A stretch of DNA of 64,000 nucleotides from Fonticula alba ATCC 38817 (GCA_000388065.2 KB932201.1), one strand, 5' to 3'; positions 15,731-29,435 are shown, counted from the first letter of the stretch. The notes: generated from the sequence alone by a model not told the origin. Translations and numbers: made by a program.

Positions 15731-16252
15731 ATGTTTTCTCTGATCGCCTCCCGCACTGGGGCGGCGACTGTCGCTGCCATTGCTGCGCGGTCCGCCGCAA
15801 ACCCGGCTTTTGGTATGGCGGCTACTCGGGCCTACTCCGCTGAGGCCGACAAGAAGAAGAAGAAGAAGAAGGACCAGATTGGCCTGGTCCGCGTGCAGCT
15901 CCAGTCCAATGTCCGCGATGTCGGTGTGGCCGGTCAGGTGGTCTACGTGGCGGCCGGCTACATGCGCAACTACCTGCTGCCCACTCGTCGGGCCCTCTAT
16001 GCCCCGCGCGACCACCATGCCGTTGGTAAGCTCCGCTTCCAGGAGCTCCAGCGCAAGAAGCAGCTGGAGGCCCTCAGTCTGGATCCCGATGCGGTCCTCG
16101 CCGGTGAGGAGGGCGATGCCCCCGTTGAGGAGATCGCCTCCGGTGCGGAGGACACCCCGATTGCCATCGAGGAGGCCCCCGCCGCCACTGTTGAGGAGGT
16201 TGTCATCTCGGAAAAGGCCCCGGAGGCGGCCTCTCAGCCAGCCACCAACTAA
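15731..16252 (+). CDS. MRPL9: Mitochondrial ribosomal protein bL9m
   Basis: Single exon with an Arg/Ala/Ser-rich presequence (MFSLIASRTGAATVAAIAARS...). It is followed by the bL9 N-terminal motif VRVQLQSNVRDVGVAGQVVYVAAGYMRNYLLPTRRALYA and an acidic tail. Confidence 0.85.
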   Translation: MFSLIASRTGAATVAAIAARSAANPAFGMAATRAYSAEADKKKKKKKDQIGLVRVQLQSNVRDVGVAGQVVYVAAGYMRNYLLPTRRALYAPRDHHAVGKLRFQELQRKKQLEALSLDPDAVLAGEEGDAPVEEIASGAEDTPIAIEEAPAATVEEVVISEKAPEAASQPATN

Positions 16253-16717
16253 GAGCCTTTGCTCGTTGCTTCCTTTCTGCCCCCAACAACCCACCATGCC
16301 CCCCCCCCCCCCCCCCCTCTCCCATCCCCAGCTTCCTTTCCCTGCTAACAGGGGCGCCGCCGAGCCGCTGGCTTGCCCTCACGCAGTTCCCTTGACCTTG
16401 TTTCCCTATCCTCTCCCCCCCGCATCGGGGGATCTTCGTATCGCCCTCTCGCGCTGGCCCTTTCCTCCCCGCCAAGCGGAGTCCTCGCGCACAAATAGAC
16501 TTCATATACTCGTCACCGATGACCATGCATGTTGGCCATGCAGCAAGCGGTGTTACGCTCCTGCCCAACCTTCCCTCCTACGCCTTGGCAGAGGGAGAAG
16601 GAATGACCGAAGGCAGGGCAGCGAAGGAAAAAAAAAAGCGAAAGCAAGATCGAAAGCAGGTGTAGTCACTGATGGATGTGAACAAAAAGGGCACTCCCGT
16701 GCAAGGGGGCAAGTCCA

Positions 16718-18441
16718 TCACGACCACTCACAGTCACTGGGAGTCCAGGCGCCAAAGGTTTTGTCGTAGAAGGAGCATGTCGCGCCGACAGTCTCGATGG
16801 CCTTGGTACCTTCAGCGCTGCTAGTCACCGGGACCCGGCACCAATCGGCCCCGTATGCCAGGGAGTTATGGAAGGCAGCCGGGAAACGCCCGGACCCGGC
16901 GGCCACCGCCTCCGGGGTCGAAAGGTCATTACCGCCACCGGCCACGCCATCCGACAGAAGGGCGCCCCCAGGGCCCAGCCCCAGGACCCGGAAGCCGCCA
17001 TGCATGGCGGCCACCAGCAACCCCGCCACCGGGGCACTGTCGCCCTCTCCGCCGGCGCCCCACGACGGGTCCCAGCCATCGCGCCAACGAAGCCGCCACA
17101 CACCACCACCCACCTCGAAGGTCTCCAACGGCCGGCGCGGGCTGCGCAAGTCCCACACCCGGACCGACTGATCGTAGGATCCAGACACCACCAGCGGACG
17201 GCCAGCGGACACCGACTCCGGCGGGGCCGACACCGCGGTGACACCGGCATTATGGCTGTCGGATAGCAGCCAACCGGACAAAGGGAAGGCAAGGCACCAG
17301 GACGGGGGAGGGGGGACGCCAAACAAACAGGGGAGGGAAGCGGAGTGTAAGAATGGTGGGGGGGGGAGACACTGGTGTGAGGAGGGGACACGCACGAGCG
17401 ATTGGTGAACACCGAAGAATCGAAGCCCATGCGGAGATCCCAGCCACGGAAGACACCATCGTCACCGCCACTCAAAACCATGCACCCGAGAGCCGGGTGG
17501 GCATCCGGTGCCAGAGAGGGACCCGCCGTGGCCGCCGCCAGGGTGACTTCCTCATCGTCCGGGAAAACGACATGCTTCTCGTCTGCCGAAACAACAGGCG
17601 TCTCCGGCTGGCCAAAGGCTGCGATCCATGCCTCGAACTCATGGACGCCTGACCCGGAAAGGATGTTGGCCAAGGTCCCATCCGGCCGGAGGGTGAACAG
17701 GTGAATGCCACCAGCCGAGTCACTGGTAACCAGCTGCGGCGAGGCGCGACCATTCATGCGGTCGGCCCAGTCGAGCGAGAGACACATGGGCTGCTGCTCG
17801 GGGAGGATGTCCGACGCGGCCAACAGAGACAGATTGTGCGTCACGGGGGAGTACTGCGAATTGGCGGGGAGGGAGGGAGGGAGCAAGGGCAAAGCATGAG
17901 CGGGCTGATGCCGTGTGCACTGAATCGGAGGTGGATGGGGAGGGAGCGGGGGGGGGGGGGACTGCGCGCACTCGATAGAGGGAAAGACGTCCATCGCCGC
18001 CGGCGGTGGCGATCGTGTCCGAGTGGGCATGCCACTGGGCATCAAGCGTGGCGCAAGTCTCGAACGTGGAAACTGTGTTGCTAGGATGGCGAGAGCAGAA
18101 AGGAAGGAGTGAGCAGCGGTTGTGGCGGGAAGTGATGAAGGCCGAAGGGTGCGCACCATTCGAGGGCGAGGCGGTTGTCGGGCGTCCGGGTGCCGGACAG
18201 GCGGATCTGATGCAGATCGCCAGATCGAATGACCTTTTCACTATCATCCAGCTGAGAAACGGAGGGAGGAAAGTCAGCAACGCCGACAGAACACACCGGG
18301 GGGCGGAGCAAGAGGGGAACGGAAGGGGGAAGAATGGGATCGCCGCACCTGATAGGTGGCACAGGTGACCAAGCCAATGCGATTGGGATGGGCGGTCACA
18401 GCGCAGGAACTCCTTGAAAAGGTAATCGTTGCGGATGACAT
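16718..18441 (-). CDS. DPH7: Diphthine methylesterase DPH7 (WDR85/Rrt2), WD40 protein
   Basis: Spliced segments read VTCATYQ, TLDAQW, MCLSLDW, HEFEAWIAAF, VLSGGDDGVFRGWDLR, HNAGVT, SGSYDQSVRVWDLR, VGGGVWRLRW, AAMHGGF, HNSLAYGADW and ATCSFYD. These match the DPH7 family in order. The start is taken at the ATG at 18441; an N gap upstream could hide more. Confidence 0.9.
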
Positions 18442-20467
18442 GCTGCAGTGGGTGGCGGCCAAGAGGGCGCCCGTGGAGAAGAGAAGAAGGGGAGGATGGG
18501 GNNNNNNNNNNNNNNNNNNNNNNNNNNNNNNNNNNNNNNNNNNNNNNNNNNNNNNNNNNNNNNNNNNNNNNNNNNNNNNNNNNNNNNNNNNNNNNNNNNN
18601 NNNNNNNNNNNNNNNNNNNNNNNNNNNNNNNNNNNNNNNNNNNNNNNNNNNNNNNNNNNNNNNNNNNNNNNNNNNNNNNNNNNNNNNNNNNNNNNNNNNN
18701 NNNNNNNNNNNNNNNNNNNNNNNNNNNNNNNNNNNNNNNNNNNNNNNNNNTGATCGGCCTTGGCAGATTGGGGCACCGATGGAGGAGAAGAACGCGCGCC
18801 ATGGCGACCGACTCCAGAAGTGGGACTGTGGGGGCCGAGGGGTGGGGGCCAAGGGGTGGGGGGGAGGATGGCTCGGCTCAAGGTGAGGAGGAGAAGGGGG
18901 GGGGGGCACCTGGCAAGGACGCACACGGCTTTGTCGACCCGGCCCTCTCTTCCTGCTGGTCTGCCCCCAGACGATTTGATCAGGCACAACCGCCGCGCCC
19001 CCCAGGCGGGGCAGAAGAGCGTGATGACACCGCGGCAGGGCTAAAACGGCGGAGTGGGCAAGGAAGTGGGAAGCACGAGCGCTCCAGGGTGCGCAGGTGC
19101 ACCGAAGGAGGGGCTGCCACCTGCCCAGATCTACACAGCCACAAGGACTTAACTTGCCACATGCTCACAGCCAGGGGCTCTCCAGCCAGGGCCAATGACC
19201 GGCGAGCTTGTGCGACTCGCACGGCAGGCGCCCGGACGCCCCGACGAGGAGCCCCCCGGCAGTCACACGCCAGGCCGGGAGGGTGGCCCTCCGGACACCG
19301 GTGACCGGACCTCGCCGAGAGGCAGCTTGAGTGACCGCGCGCTCACCCTCCCCCCGTCCCCTCCCCTCCCCTCCTCCTCCTTTGATACACGTATAGGGCC
19401 CAAGCCTCGGAGTCTTGGTGATGGACAATGCCACTGGCGCGACCGAGGAACACTGGACGGATCCACAGATGCGATGGTGTATGCCAAGCATGAGCCATTC
19501 TCCGAGCTGACAGTGTGAAAGCCGGGGGCCCGCCCGGGAGGCACGGCCCCGGGCCCCATATGTCGAGGTTGTCAATAACCAGAAGGGCAGAGCAGCTGGG
19601 GACTCAAAGGAAGATGCCTCCTGAAAATGGACGGGGGGGGGGGACGGGGGAGGAAGAAACAGGGGCGGATGGAAGGAGGGGGTGGCAGGGAGGCCCGAGA
19701 GACAGGGAGACCAGAGACCTGCCGGCCAAACCACGCGCTCCCGAAACCATCCCTGTCTTTATCACTCAAAGGGGAGAAGCAGCGCAGGGGGGCTGTGGCA
19801 TCGGCAAACCTCCGGCCAGATCGGGTAACAGCTCGGGGATCTGCCGATGGTGGGAAAAGCGCGAGGTCCCAACCACACCGCCCCAGGACACTTGCCAGCC
19901 CGCTGTGCCGCCGGATTGCAAGGGACATTGTTATTGCCCCGGGTGCAGTTATGCGCGCGCCCCTTTGGCGGGGTGGGTACTCTCGCGATCGGCCAGGTGT
20001 GGGCCACCCGATATTGGTCCGCGCGTAACCCTGTGGCTACTGCTTCCGAGGCTGGGGCCCTCTCATCGCCACCAGCACCCCTCCCTCCCCCGCCTCCTAA
20101 ACCTCGGTCTCGCGCCTGCCATTTAACGGCAACACTTTTCCATGTGCATTGGCTCCACAGGGATGCCAATGCCTCTTCCGCCCATCCTCAATTGCGTGCA
20201 CATCCTCCATCCACCCTCCTCCGCCTCCTCTTCGCTCTGCCGCACCCCCCCCNNNNNNNNNNNNNNNNNNNNNNNNNNNNNNNNNNNNNNNNNNNNNNNN
20301 NNNNNNNNNNNNNNNNNNNNNNNNNNNNNNNNNNNNNNNNNNNNNNNNNNNNNNNNNNNNNNNNNNNNNNNNNNNNNNNNNNNNNNNNNNNNNNNNNNNN
20401 NNNNNNNNNNNNNNNNNNNNNNNNNNNNNNNNNNNNNNNNNNNNNNNNNNNNNNNNNNNNNNNNNNN

Positions 20468-21076
20468 CCCGGCCCCGCCTGCATCCTCGCCGAGCGATGC
20501 TCTCCCCGACACGCCAGGACCCGGCGGCGGTGGAGAACCCCAGCACCGCCGACGTCCCGGCCAAGGTCCTGCCCCAAACGGGCGGCGAGTCGACCGCCGC
20601 GCGTCCGCGCAGCGTTTCGTACATCGCGCATCTCCTTTCACCGCCCCCCTCAACCAGCCTCTCTGGCGGGGAGGTCCAGGTCCCGACGTCTGTATCTATG
20701 CCGGGCTCCTCGTCCCCCACCCCTCCGGGGCCGGGGTCCGACCTGGAGGACTTCCTCCCAGCCGGCGGGACGGCTTTCCTGACTCTGGCACCAGGTGCGG
20801 CGCCGCATGCGCCCACAGGCTCGGGCATCAATCCGGCTGATGAAGCGTCGGCCGTCTTCGCGCTGGACCCGTCCAAACGCGAGGCCATTCTTAAGTCCAA
20901 CTTTGCTGCTAGCGCTGTTCCGGAGATCCGCGGTACGCACACGCACCCACGCCCGTGCCCGCCCACACGCACACATAGATATATATATATATACATGTTT
21001 CCACGGCCTTTGCCGCTCGCCCATTACATCTCTTGCTGATTGGCTACATTGTCACGATCACCTCCGTTGTCTTCGT

Positions 21077-21107
<31 letters not shown>

Positions 21108-23976
21108 AACACCACCTTTCTCGGTCTCTGTCCCGTCCTCCGTCGGTCTGGCCATCCTGTGTTTCCAGCGGCTGCCGCCAGCTCTTTCACCATCCGGCAG
21201 GGTGCCTCGACGAACTCCTCCTCCGCGCAGTCGGTAACCTCCTCACGGGCACACTCTCCTGCCCCGGCCGGGGAAAGCCGAGTCGATCAAACGCCCCCGC
21301 CACGCGTGGCCACCGGTCAGCGGCACCCGCTTGCCGGTGTGGCCACCGCCCTCGGGGTCGACGAAGAGGAGGACATCCTGGAGGCGGATGATGAATTCCA
21401 CCCGTCGGAATCGCCGCATGCCCTCCACAGTAACCTGGAGGATGAGTCAGCCGTCTTGAGCCCGCTGACCCCGGTGGCACCTGAGGCCGCCATGGTGCCA
21501 GGCGGCCCGGGAGACTTGAATGACCCGCAGATGCAGTTCCACTCCTACGCCATCCGCATGGGGCTCTACATGCTGGTGCCACAATATGCCGGACCCGGGG
21601 AGGCTGCCACTTCCCCCGGGAAGCGTGCTGCCATTCCGGCCGCCGGCACCGATCGAACGGGGCTCCCGACCGGCGGAACAGCCACCGCGACTGCCACGGC
21701 CGCGGCCACTCCCTGTCCCACGCACCGGGATTTGGGCCTGGCCCGGTGTCCCGGGGGGGTCCGTTGCCCGCAGGATTACACCTCAACTCGGCCTCTAATG
21801 TCACCCGTGCCGGCGACTCCATCTCCCTTGCTGACGAGCGCCGCCTCGGCCACCGGCCAGGGGCCAGGCTCTTTCTTGTCGGGCAACCGGCACCTGATGG
21901 CCGGGGGCACGGCCGGGAACTCGCCAGCCGCCGGCACCACCCCCTATCAAATTGGCATGGAGGGACTCGGGTCGCCGGCTGGATTTGCCGCGGCCCATGT
22001 TCCCGATCGCCTGGGCTTCCAGCTCCTACGCAAGGCCGAGGAGGTGCTGGTCCAACGCCGGCGGGTGGAACGCTATGAACAACGCTTGGCCCAGGCGCGC
22101 TTGCAGATGGACGCCCTGTCGGCGGAGTTGGCCGAGATCCGCAGCGAATTGATTGCCCAGGTAGGTGTCGCATCCATGGCGCGAGTGCCGCCCTTCCAGC
22201 CCCACTCTGATCCCTGCCTCTTTCTCACGCGCACACTTTCTTTTTCCTGCCCCTGGCCCACCTTCAAAATGGGCCCGGTGTTTCCGACCTTTTGCCCACC
22301 TTTCGGGTTGCCCCTCTGCCTTCCCCCCCCCCCCCCGATGGTGGCAGCACAATCTCGCGAAGAGCTCGACCGTGCACCAGCATCTGACACCGCCGGAGGG
22401 CCATAACAAGTCGGACGCCCGGTCGGCCCTCACATGGGCCGACTTTGCCGTGTCGACCGCGCATCAGAGCCACTCGCCGGCCGATCTGCGCGACTTGACC
22501 CGCATGATTCGCACCTCCGGCATCCCGGTGGCCCTGCGTCGATTGGTGTGGCTCACTTGCCTGGACCAGCTGGTTCCCGGGGACCCGGGGACCTTTCTCC
22601 CGGGGGGGAGCTTCCGTGACGGGGGGCTTCGGCTGTATATGCGCTATTGCCGGCTAACCGAGCAGGCGGCGGCCCACATCTACGAGCCGGCACAAACCAG
22701 CGAGTGGGATGACATGATCCGCGGCATCAGCCGTCAGGGCGGCGGCTCCGGTGGCCGGTCATCCAGTGGCCTGCGCAGCCGTCTGCAAAAGAGCACCCTA
22801 AAGGCCGTCGGTGCCGGGAGCCCTGGCGATGTGGGTCCCATGGATGCCATGCCTGCCGGATCGTACAGCCTGCTGGCCGGTGAGCCGGATGCCCTGAAAA
22901 ATGACTTCTGCAATGTCCGCCTGGATCCGGTGGTGGTGGCAGCCATCGAGCAAGACCTGCACCGGACCCTGCCGGAGTATGCCTCATTCTCGCTGATGTA
23001 TGCTCCGGGGATTGTCAGTCTGCGACGCATTCTCCGGGCATACTCCCTTCGCAACCCGGCGGTCGGGTACATCCAGTGCTTCTCGGTCATTTCGGCCACC
23101 CTGCTGCTGCAGCTGTCCGAGCATGAGACCTTCTGGATGCTGTGCCACATCATTGAAAACATCTTCCCGCCGAACTACTTCACAAAGAACCAGGTGGGCA
23201 TTTTCGTGGACCAGCTGGTACGTAGCTCCGCGCAAGATCACAGGGCTAGATATTGCCCCTCTTCTTTCTCTCTCTCCCTCTCTCTCTCTGCTTCTCTCAT
23301 CCTCTCTCTCATCCTCTCTCTCGTCATCTCTCTCATCCTCTCTCTCCGCCTCTCCCACACACACTCACACACTCACACGCACGCACACACTCACACACTC
23401 ACACACTCACACACTCACACACTCACACACTCACACACTCACACACTCACACGCACGCACACACACAAACACACACAAACACACACACGCACCACGCCGA
23501 CCATGCGGCACGACAATACGACAATCCAGGTGCTCGGTGATCTCATCAAGATTCACCTCCCGGAATTGGCCCAGGCCCTGGAGCAAACGCAGACCGACAT
23601 CAGCGTCATCTTTTCCGGGCCTTTTGCCTCGCTCTTCGTCAACTCCCTGCCCATGGAGTGTGTCCTGCGCATCTGGGACTTGCTCTTTGTTGATGGCAGC
23701 GTGGCTCTCTTTGCCGCGGCCTTGGCCATCCTGCGCAACATGCAGAAGGACCTCCTGCATGCGATGAACCGAATGGCGTCCGGGCCGTTGTCTGCCTTCA
23801 GCCTGCCGAATGGCTTGTGCTTCGAGATCCAGCAGCTCATGCGCAATGCCGTGTACAGCTCCACCGAAACCCGGCGCATCATCAAGTACCTCGGGCGCAT
23901 GATCCTCGACGTCAACCCGGAGACCGTGTCCTCCCTTCGGGCAAAGTACCAGCACCACGACCCGGCGCACTCCTAG
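20468..23976 (+). CDS. TBC/Rab-GAP domain protein with long low-complexity N-terminus and coiled coil
   Basis: Exons approx. <20468-20932, 21169-22160, 22348-23217 and 23530-23976. The TBC motifs are IEQDLHRT (R finger), LRRILRAYSLRNPAVGYIQ (Q finger), ETFWML and VLRIWDLLFVDG. The start codon is unresolved because of gap 20253-20467. Confidence 0.88.
23356..23492. repeat. (CACACACT)n / (CA)n microsatellite in TBC intron
   Basis: Read directly; it lies inside intron 23218-23529. Confidence 0.9.
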
Positions 23977-25248
23977 GGGAGTGAGCACGCCCAAAGGACC
24001 ACATGGGAGACCGTGCCCACGTGTGGGGAGGGCCCTCGGAGAGGGAAACAATCTGCGGATTTCTGCCTCGCCTCGCTCTTTCTGTCCGCCTCCGCACGGG
24101 GTCTTTCCGCCGCCAGGCTGCTCCCAGCAGCCGGTCCGGCTGGGTGACCGATCCTGCTGTATGTGTAGTCAATAAAAAGCAATCCACATATTAAAAAAAA
24201 AAGCAGGCAGGGTGCTTTGTTGTGGGGCATGGATTGGTGAACGAGGGTGATGATGGGGGCCACCCCGCAGGCGCGCACACCAACAACGGGCTAAGGCGAC
24301 TTGCTCCCTCCCAGGCCCAGCACCCCCTCTGAGGTGTGGGCGGGGGGGGGGGGAACAGGCGCCAGTGGGTTTGGAATCGTAGAACCGGGCCGGGGTGATA
24401 GCCGCGATGCTTGTGGAGCGCCCCGCTACCGTTGGTACCTTCTCGTGCTTCCAGAAGGAACAACATCCGCCGTACCCGTGGGGCACTTTCCCCCGGCCCC
24501 CGGAGGGAAGCCGGCTGCTGCGGGAGGATCTTCCGGCAACCGAACACACGGCGACGTCTCCGACGGTTAGGAGCGGCGAAGGCCGTGTATTACCGGTCTG
24601 CGATGGCGGGCTCGGGAACAACGGCAACAGGGGTCACTACGCACGGGTCGGCTGGGGGTAACGACAATTTGAAATCCCCAATGCGTGGGCCTTTGCAGGC
24701 AGGTGCGTGGGCCCCCAGGGCCTTGGAGATCCCCCTCCCCCCGTGGGCGAGGAGCGTTTGGGCCTCGGGAAGCCTCCAGTCCCCCCTGACTCACATCTCT
24801 CTCTCTCTCTCCCTCCCATTCGCCCTTCTACTTCCTTCCCAAGCACATTGTCAACACAAATAGAGTGTCCAACTTTCAAATGAGAAGAATGCCTCCTTCC
24901 GGACGCCTGCTCGCTCAAGGTCGAAGCCGCGACCGGTGAACATGCCCCCTCTTCCTCGGCCGCGCTTTGCCTCTCACGCAGCCATGTCGCTCTGAGCAGA
25001 AAAAAAAACAGACAAAAGAGCCCCCTCGGGAGCAGCATCCGCACCCATCAAGCCGCATCTCTCTTTCCTTCGTCTCATGCCCGCAACGTGCCACCTGGCT
25101 ACCCCGGCCCTCCTCTCTTCCTCGCCCCCCTCCCCCCCCCCTCCTCCTGCTCCTCCCTCCCCGCCGCCCGCTTCCGGAGTGCGTCTCGGTCCCTGCCAGA
25201 TCGCCCGATCCGCCCACGCTACGGGGCCCTCCTGTCCTGCACTTCAGC

Positions 25249-28242
25249 ATGACCTCCGGTGATCGGAGTGCCTTGGCCTCGCGCGACGCGGCGGCCGAGC
25301 GAGGGGTCGGTGCGCCGATGGATCTCGACTCCAGCTCGCGTGTGGAGACCGGCACCATGAGGTTTGTCACCTCTCGCTCTTTTTTCGCGTGCTTTTCCGT
25401 CGGGGGCACTTTGTTCCCTTTCATTGGTCTCTCCTTCGAGAGACATACTGACCCCCCTCCCCCTCCTCCTCCCCTGGCAACCCAGCTCCACGTTCGGCTC
25501 AACCTCGATGGCTTCCTCCTCATGGGCCTTTCGTCCGTTAGCCCGGCCGCCGGGTGGATCATTTGCCGCGCGCTCGTCCCTCGGCGATCACCTGGATTCA
25601 CCGAGCAAAGCCCCCTCAGATGGGCGTTTGACCCTGTCGGCGGCCGACCGCTCGGCTTTGGCCAACGAAACGAGTGCCTTCCCTTTCAAGCCGGCCTCCA
25701 GCGGCACCAGCCACCTGCGCTCATCCCTGAGCGAGGCAGACCTCCTGGATGATGGACCCACCTCGAGCACATCGGCCGATCGTCGGACCTCCTTCGGCCT
25801 GGGTGCCTCTGCATCGACCTCCGGCCTGGGGATTTCGATTCCGGGCGGCCGGTTTGGTGCCACTGACCGGGCAGCCGACCGCTCGGGCCCCTCGACGCCG
25901 CTGTTTGGTGGCGCCCCAGCCAGCTCCGCTGCTGCTGCTGCCGCGACTGCTGCCTCTGCTTCCCAGACCTCGGCGGCACCGGGCACCCCTCAGCGGGAAT
26001 TCCTGCCCACCGTTGATGATGTTGGTGGCCTTGTTCTCAAGGAGCCTGAGTACACCTTCTCTCCAGGGTCCAACAACAGCCCCGTCTTCCAGCGAAACGC
26101 GCCGTCCATTCATTCGCGGCTCAATGGCCGGCGTCAACTCCGCACCGCGCAGCAGGTGAGCACATCCACCGCTGGCCTTATGCCGGCTTTTACTTGCCCT
26201 CCCCTTTCCTCCTTCCCGCCCCCCCCCCCCCCCCCTCCACCCTTCCTCTAGCCCTTTTCATATATGCCGCTGAATTCCCCCTTTACTGACACGGGAAGTG
26301 GGGGCAGGCCTTGATGAATCCCCGCCGGCCGGCCCCGGCATCGGAGGCTGGCTTCGCCTCGCCGGCCGGCCACCACGGTGGTGCCTACCCTGCTGCTCCT
26401 CAGTCCCCGTACTACCACGGGATGGAGCATCACCACTTGGCATATGGTGCTTCGCCGGCTGGCGGCCATGCCCTTTATTCGCCGGTCACGCCGGGGCTCA
26501 TGTACTCGCCGTACGGCGGGGCTCCGACCGTGGCTCCGGTCTTTTCCGGTGCCATGCTTTATGGATCGCCGATGGCGGCCCATGGGCCAGCCACGGCCAC
26601 GCCTCTCGGCCAGGAGAAAAAGCCGGCCTTGGCTGAGACCTCGAGCGCCGAGACAGCTGCTGCTGGTGAAACACCGCCCGGTGCCACCTCGGCCACCGCT
26701 GCCATGGCGGCCGAGGGCACCGCCGGCGGTGCCCTGATCCCCCAAAATGCCTCGGAATCTGGCGCCAAGACCGCCGATGGCAACGGCGGCGCAGGTGGGC
26801 GGCCGCCCGCCGGTCGTCGGGCCCGTCACCCAGGTCGCGGCAAGTCCTGGACCTCGTACATTCCCTCGCTCAATCAGGCTCTCGGGTGCGTGGCATGCCG
26901 GGCCTTCTCTCCTGTGATTTTTCCTCTTCTCCTTCTTCCTCCTTCCACCCGTCGCAATGCGTGCCAGCCATTGAAACCGGCAGCCCCAGTGACTGACACG
27001 AGGTGCCTGAATGTGCATGTTTGCCTTTGCCCTCCTTTGGGGTCGCGCGGCCATGGGAGAGCAGTTTTATTCAGCTTCTGTTCAATGTCAGCATCGTGGC
27101 TGGGATCCTGTATCTCCTTTACCGAGTTTACTTCCACATCAGCAGTGACATTGACATCCGGCTGCAACGCCTCCAGCAGGGTGCGTGCTGCCCTTGAACT
27201 TGTCCTCTTCCTCTCTTTCTATTTCCCCCTCATCCTCGCGCGCGCAAGCGAGCGAGAGAGGGAGCGAGGGCCCTCATTCGCTCCACTAACTCTGACCTTT
27301 GCCATTTTCACACGCGCAGACCAATCTGCCGTTGTCAATCAGTGCATCTCCGACTACAACTCCAACCGTTGCTCCGAGAAGGACATCCCGAAGGCTCTGG
27401 AGAAGTACTGCTCGGATCTGCTGGTTTGCATGCAGCGCAACCATGAGGATGTTGAGCAGACCACCATCATGGCCCAGGTGCTGGCCGGCGCGGTGAATGC
27501 CTTTTTCGAGCAGTTTTCCATCCGCACAGTGGTACGCCCCGGTTTGCTGTGCCATGCGCGTGTTTTTCGCATATCCGGCCTTTGCCCGAGGAATTGTCCC
27601 CCATTTTGCTCCTCCTCTTGCCTGTTTCCCTTTCCATTTGATGGCCTTGCGAATGCCCCTCTGACACTCTCGCTTGGACATGGTAAATGTGCTGCGCGTC
27701 CGGCTCAGCTCCTTTGTGCCCTGCTCATTGTCGTGGGGACGTACATCACCAACCTGTCCCTGACCCGACTGCAGGCGGTCACCGAATGGCGCAAGACGCC
27801 GGGCAATGGCCAAGCCTCATCGACCGGCGGGCGCCGTGGAGGTCGCTTTGCCCGGCGCGGTGGCCCCGCCACTCGGCGTGGCTACTACTCGTCTGAAGAG
27901 CGCGACGATGATGAGGGGAGCTCCTCCGAGGAGGAGGAGGACGAAGATTACTCGGCCGGGCGCTCGGGGGCCGGGTCGTCACGCGGGCGCGATTCGTCGG
28001 CTCGGCACCGCGGCCGCCGGCCGGACTCGGGCCCCCCTGCCGGCGGGGCAGGGCCGGTGTTGTATGCCCCCCTGGCACCAGGGCCTCTGGCCCCCTACTC
28101 GGTGGCCGGAACCCCGATGCACATGGTCCCTCCCATGTATGTGTCATCCCCCTTGCGGCGAGATGCCTTCCCTTCGACATCGCATGGCGCCCATCATCAC
28201 CCCCACGGTACTGCTGCGCCTGGATCGACCTCAGTACGTTGA
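25249..28242 (+). CDS. BRL1: BRL1/BRR6-family nuclear envelope protein
   Basis: Exons 25249-25361, 25486-26155, 26308-26885, 27065-27180, 27320-27531 and 27709-28242 splice in frame. The product has TM1 (GFIQLLFNVSIVAGILYLLY), then DIDIRL, a four-Cys luminal motif (NQCISDYNSNRC...ALEKYCSDLLVCMQRN), then AQVLAGAVNAFFEQFSIRT and TM2 (LLCALLIVVGTYITN). This is the Brr6/Brl1 domain layout. Confidence 0.85.
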
Positions 28243-29374
28243 TTTGTCCGCCGGATTGTGTGTACACGCACACACAGCCGCAACCATGCATGCCGATGGG
28301 GAGGATGGTCCTCTGCTAACACTCGCGTGCTCTGACCTGTCCCTTCTCCGGGGGCTGCCTACACGGCCGATCATAGTAGATTTTCCCCGGCACCCGGCCA
28401 GCCCCCGCGCCATCGGCCGCATCAGACCGCCCGGCCAGTCCGTTTGGTCGTCCTCTGCTGGGATCAACAGCCGCCGCGACCCCGGCCAATGGCCCTCCGC
28501 CAGGCCCCCCTCGCAAGCCATACAATTTTACCCCGCTCACATACCAGCCTCCTGCGCTGGCGGCGGAAGGTAAGGACGCTCCCTCCTCCCCTCAGACCCC
28601 CTCTCCAGCAGCCCCTCGGTGATGATGGGCGAGTGCTTCTCGCCTGGCACCGTGCCCATCCCCCTTTGCCCGTCCGGTGGCAAGGGACAAAGCACAAGAA
28701 TACACACACACACACACCTACACCCAAGTTCCTCTCGTGGAAAGGGAAAAACAAACAGAGTCCGTGCCGAGCAACCCCCTCCTCCCCCTCGCCCGCCCTC
28801 TGGGCACGCAACTACATCACATAAAGAGAAAAAGCCGAAAAGCAGGACAAAGGCCTGAAATGGGGAAAAAAAAAACAGCCAGCAAACAGAAGAACGGGAA
28901 AGGAAAAGGCAAGCACAAGAGGGGGAGAGAGGAGAACCACCACCACCCTGAGATCATGGAGCCAAGCCAGTACATTAAGGACAGGGGGGACGACACAAAA
29001 TGTGGGATGGGGAAACCTAACACTAGGGGGGAACTACTACAAGGGGGGCATCATGGGCATATGCTCACGCGGCACAGACACACACACGCACGGAGGCATA
29101 TATATATGACGGCACCACATGCAGACACAAGCGCAACATCAACCGGAAGAGGAGAGAATGAACAGGGGGGGGGGAGCAGGGAAATGCTCCACCACCGGAA
29201 TCAAGCCCCCGGACTTCCTGGTGGCCTCTCCCCCCGACACTACCTGCCGGCGCGGGGGGGCCTTTTTTCAAGGTTGAAGAAGGGGGAGAGGTCCAAGTGA
29301 TGGGGTGCCATTGATCGCGGAGCCCCTCGCGCGCGGATGCGCACGCGCGGACGACGCGAGTGGAACTAAAAGCC

Positions 29375-29395
29375 CGCGCGCGCGCGCGCGCGCGC
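29375..29395. repeat. (CG)10 alternating tract
   Basis: Read directly, about 40 bp past the subtilase stop codon. Confidence 0.9.
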
Positions 29396-29435
29396 ACAGC
29401 GCAAAGCCATGGCGCGCCGGCGACGAGAAGGCCAC

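Noticed and set aside
19380-19520. Exon-like stretch between DPH7 and the TBC gene
   Set aside because: No frame gives a recognisable product or a consistent splice link; it is probably UTR or intergenic.
23218-23529. In-frame, stop-free introns (TBC 312 nt, PTPA 69 nt, RUVBL2 75 and 111 nt) as programmed intron retention
   Set aside because: Stops are rare at this GC content, and the share of 3n lengths among the introns I measured is close to chance.
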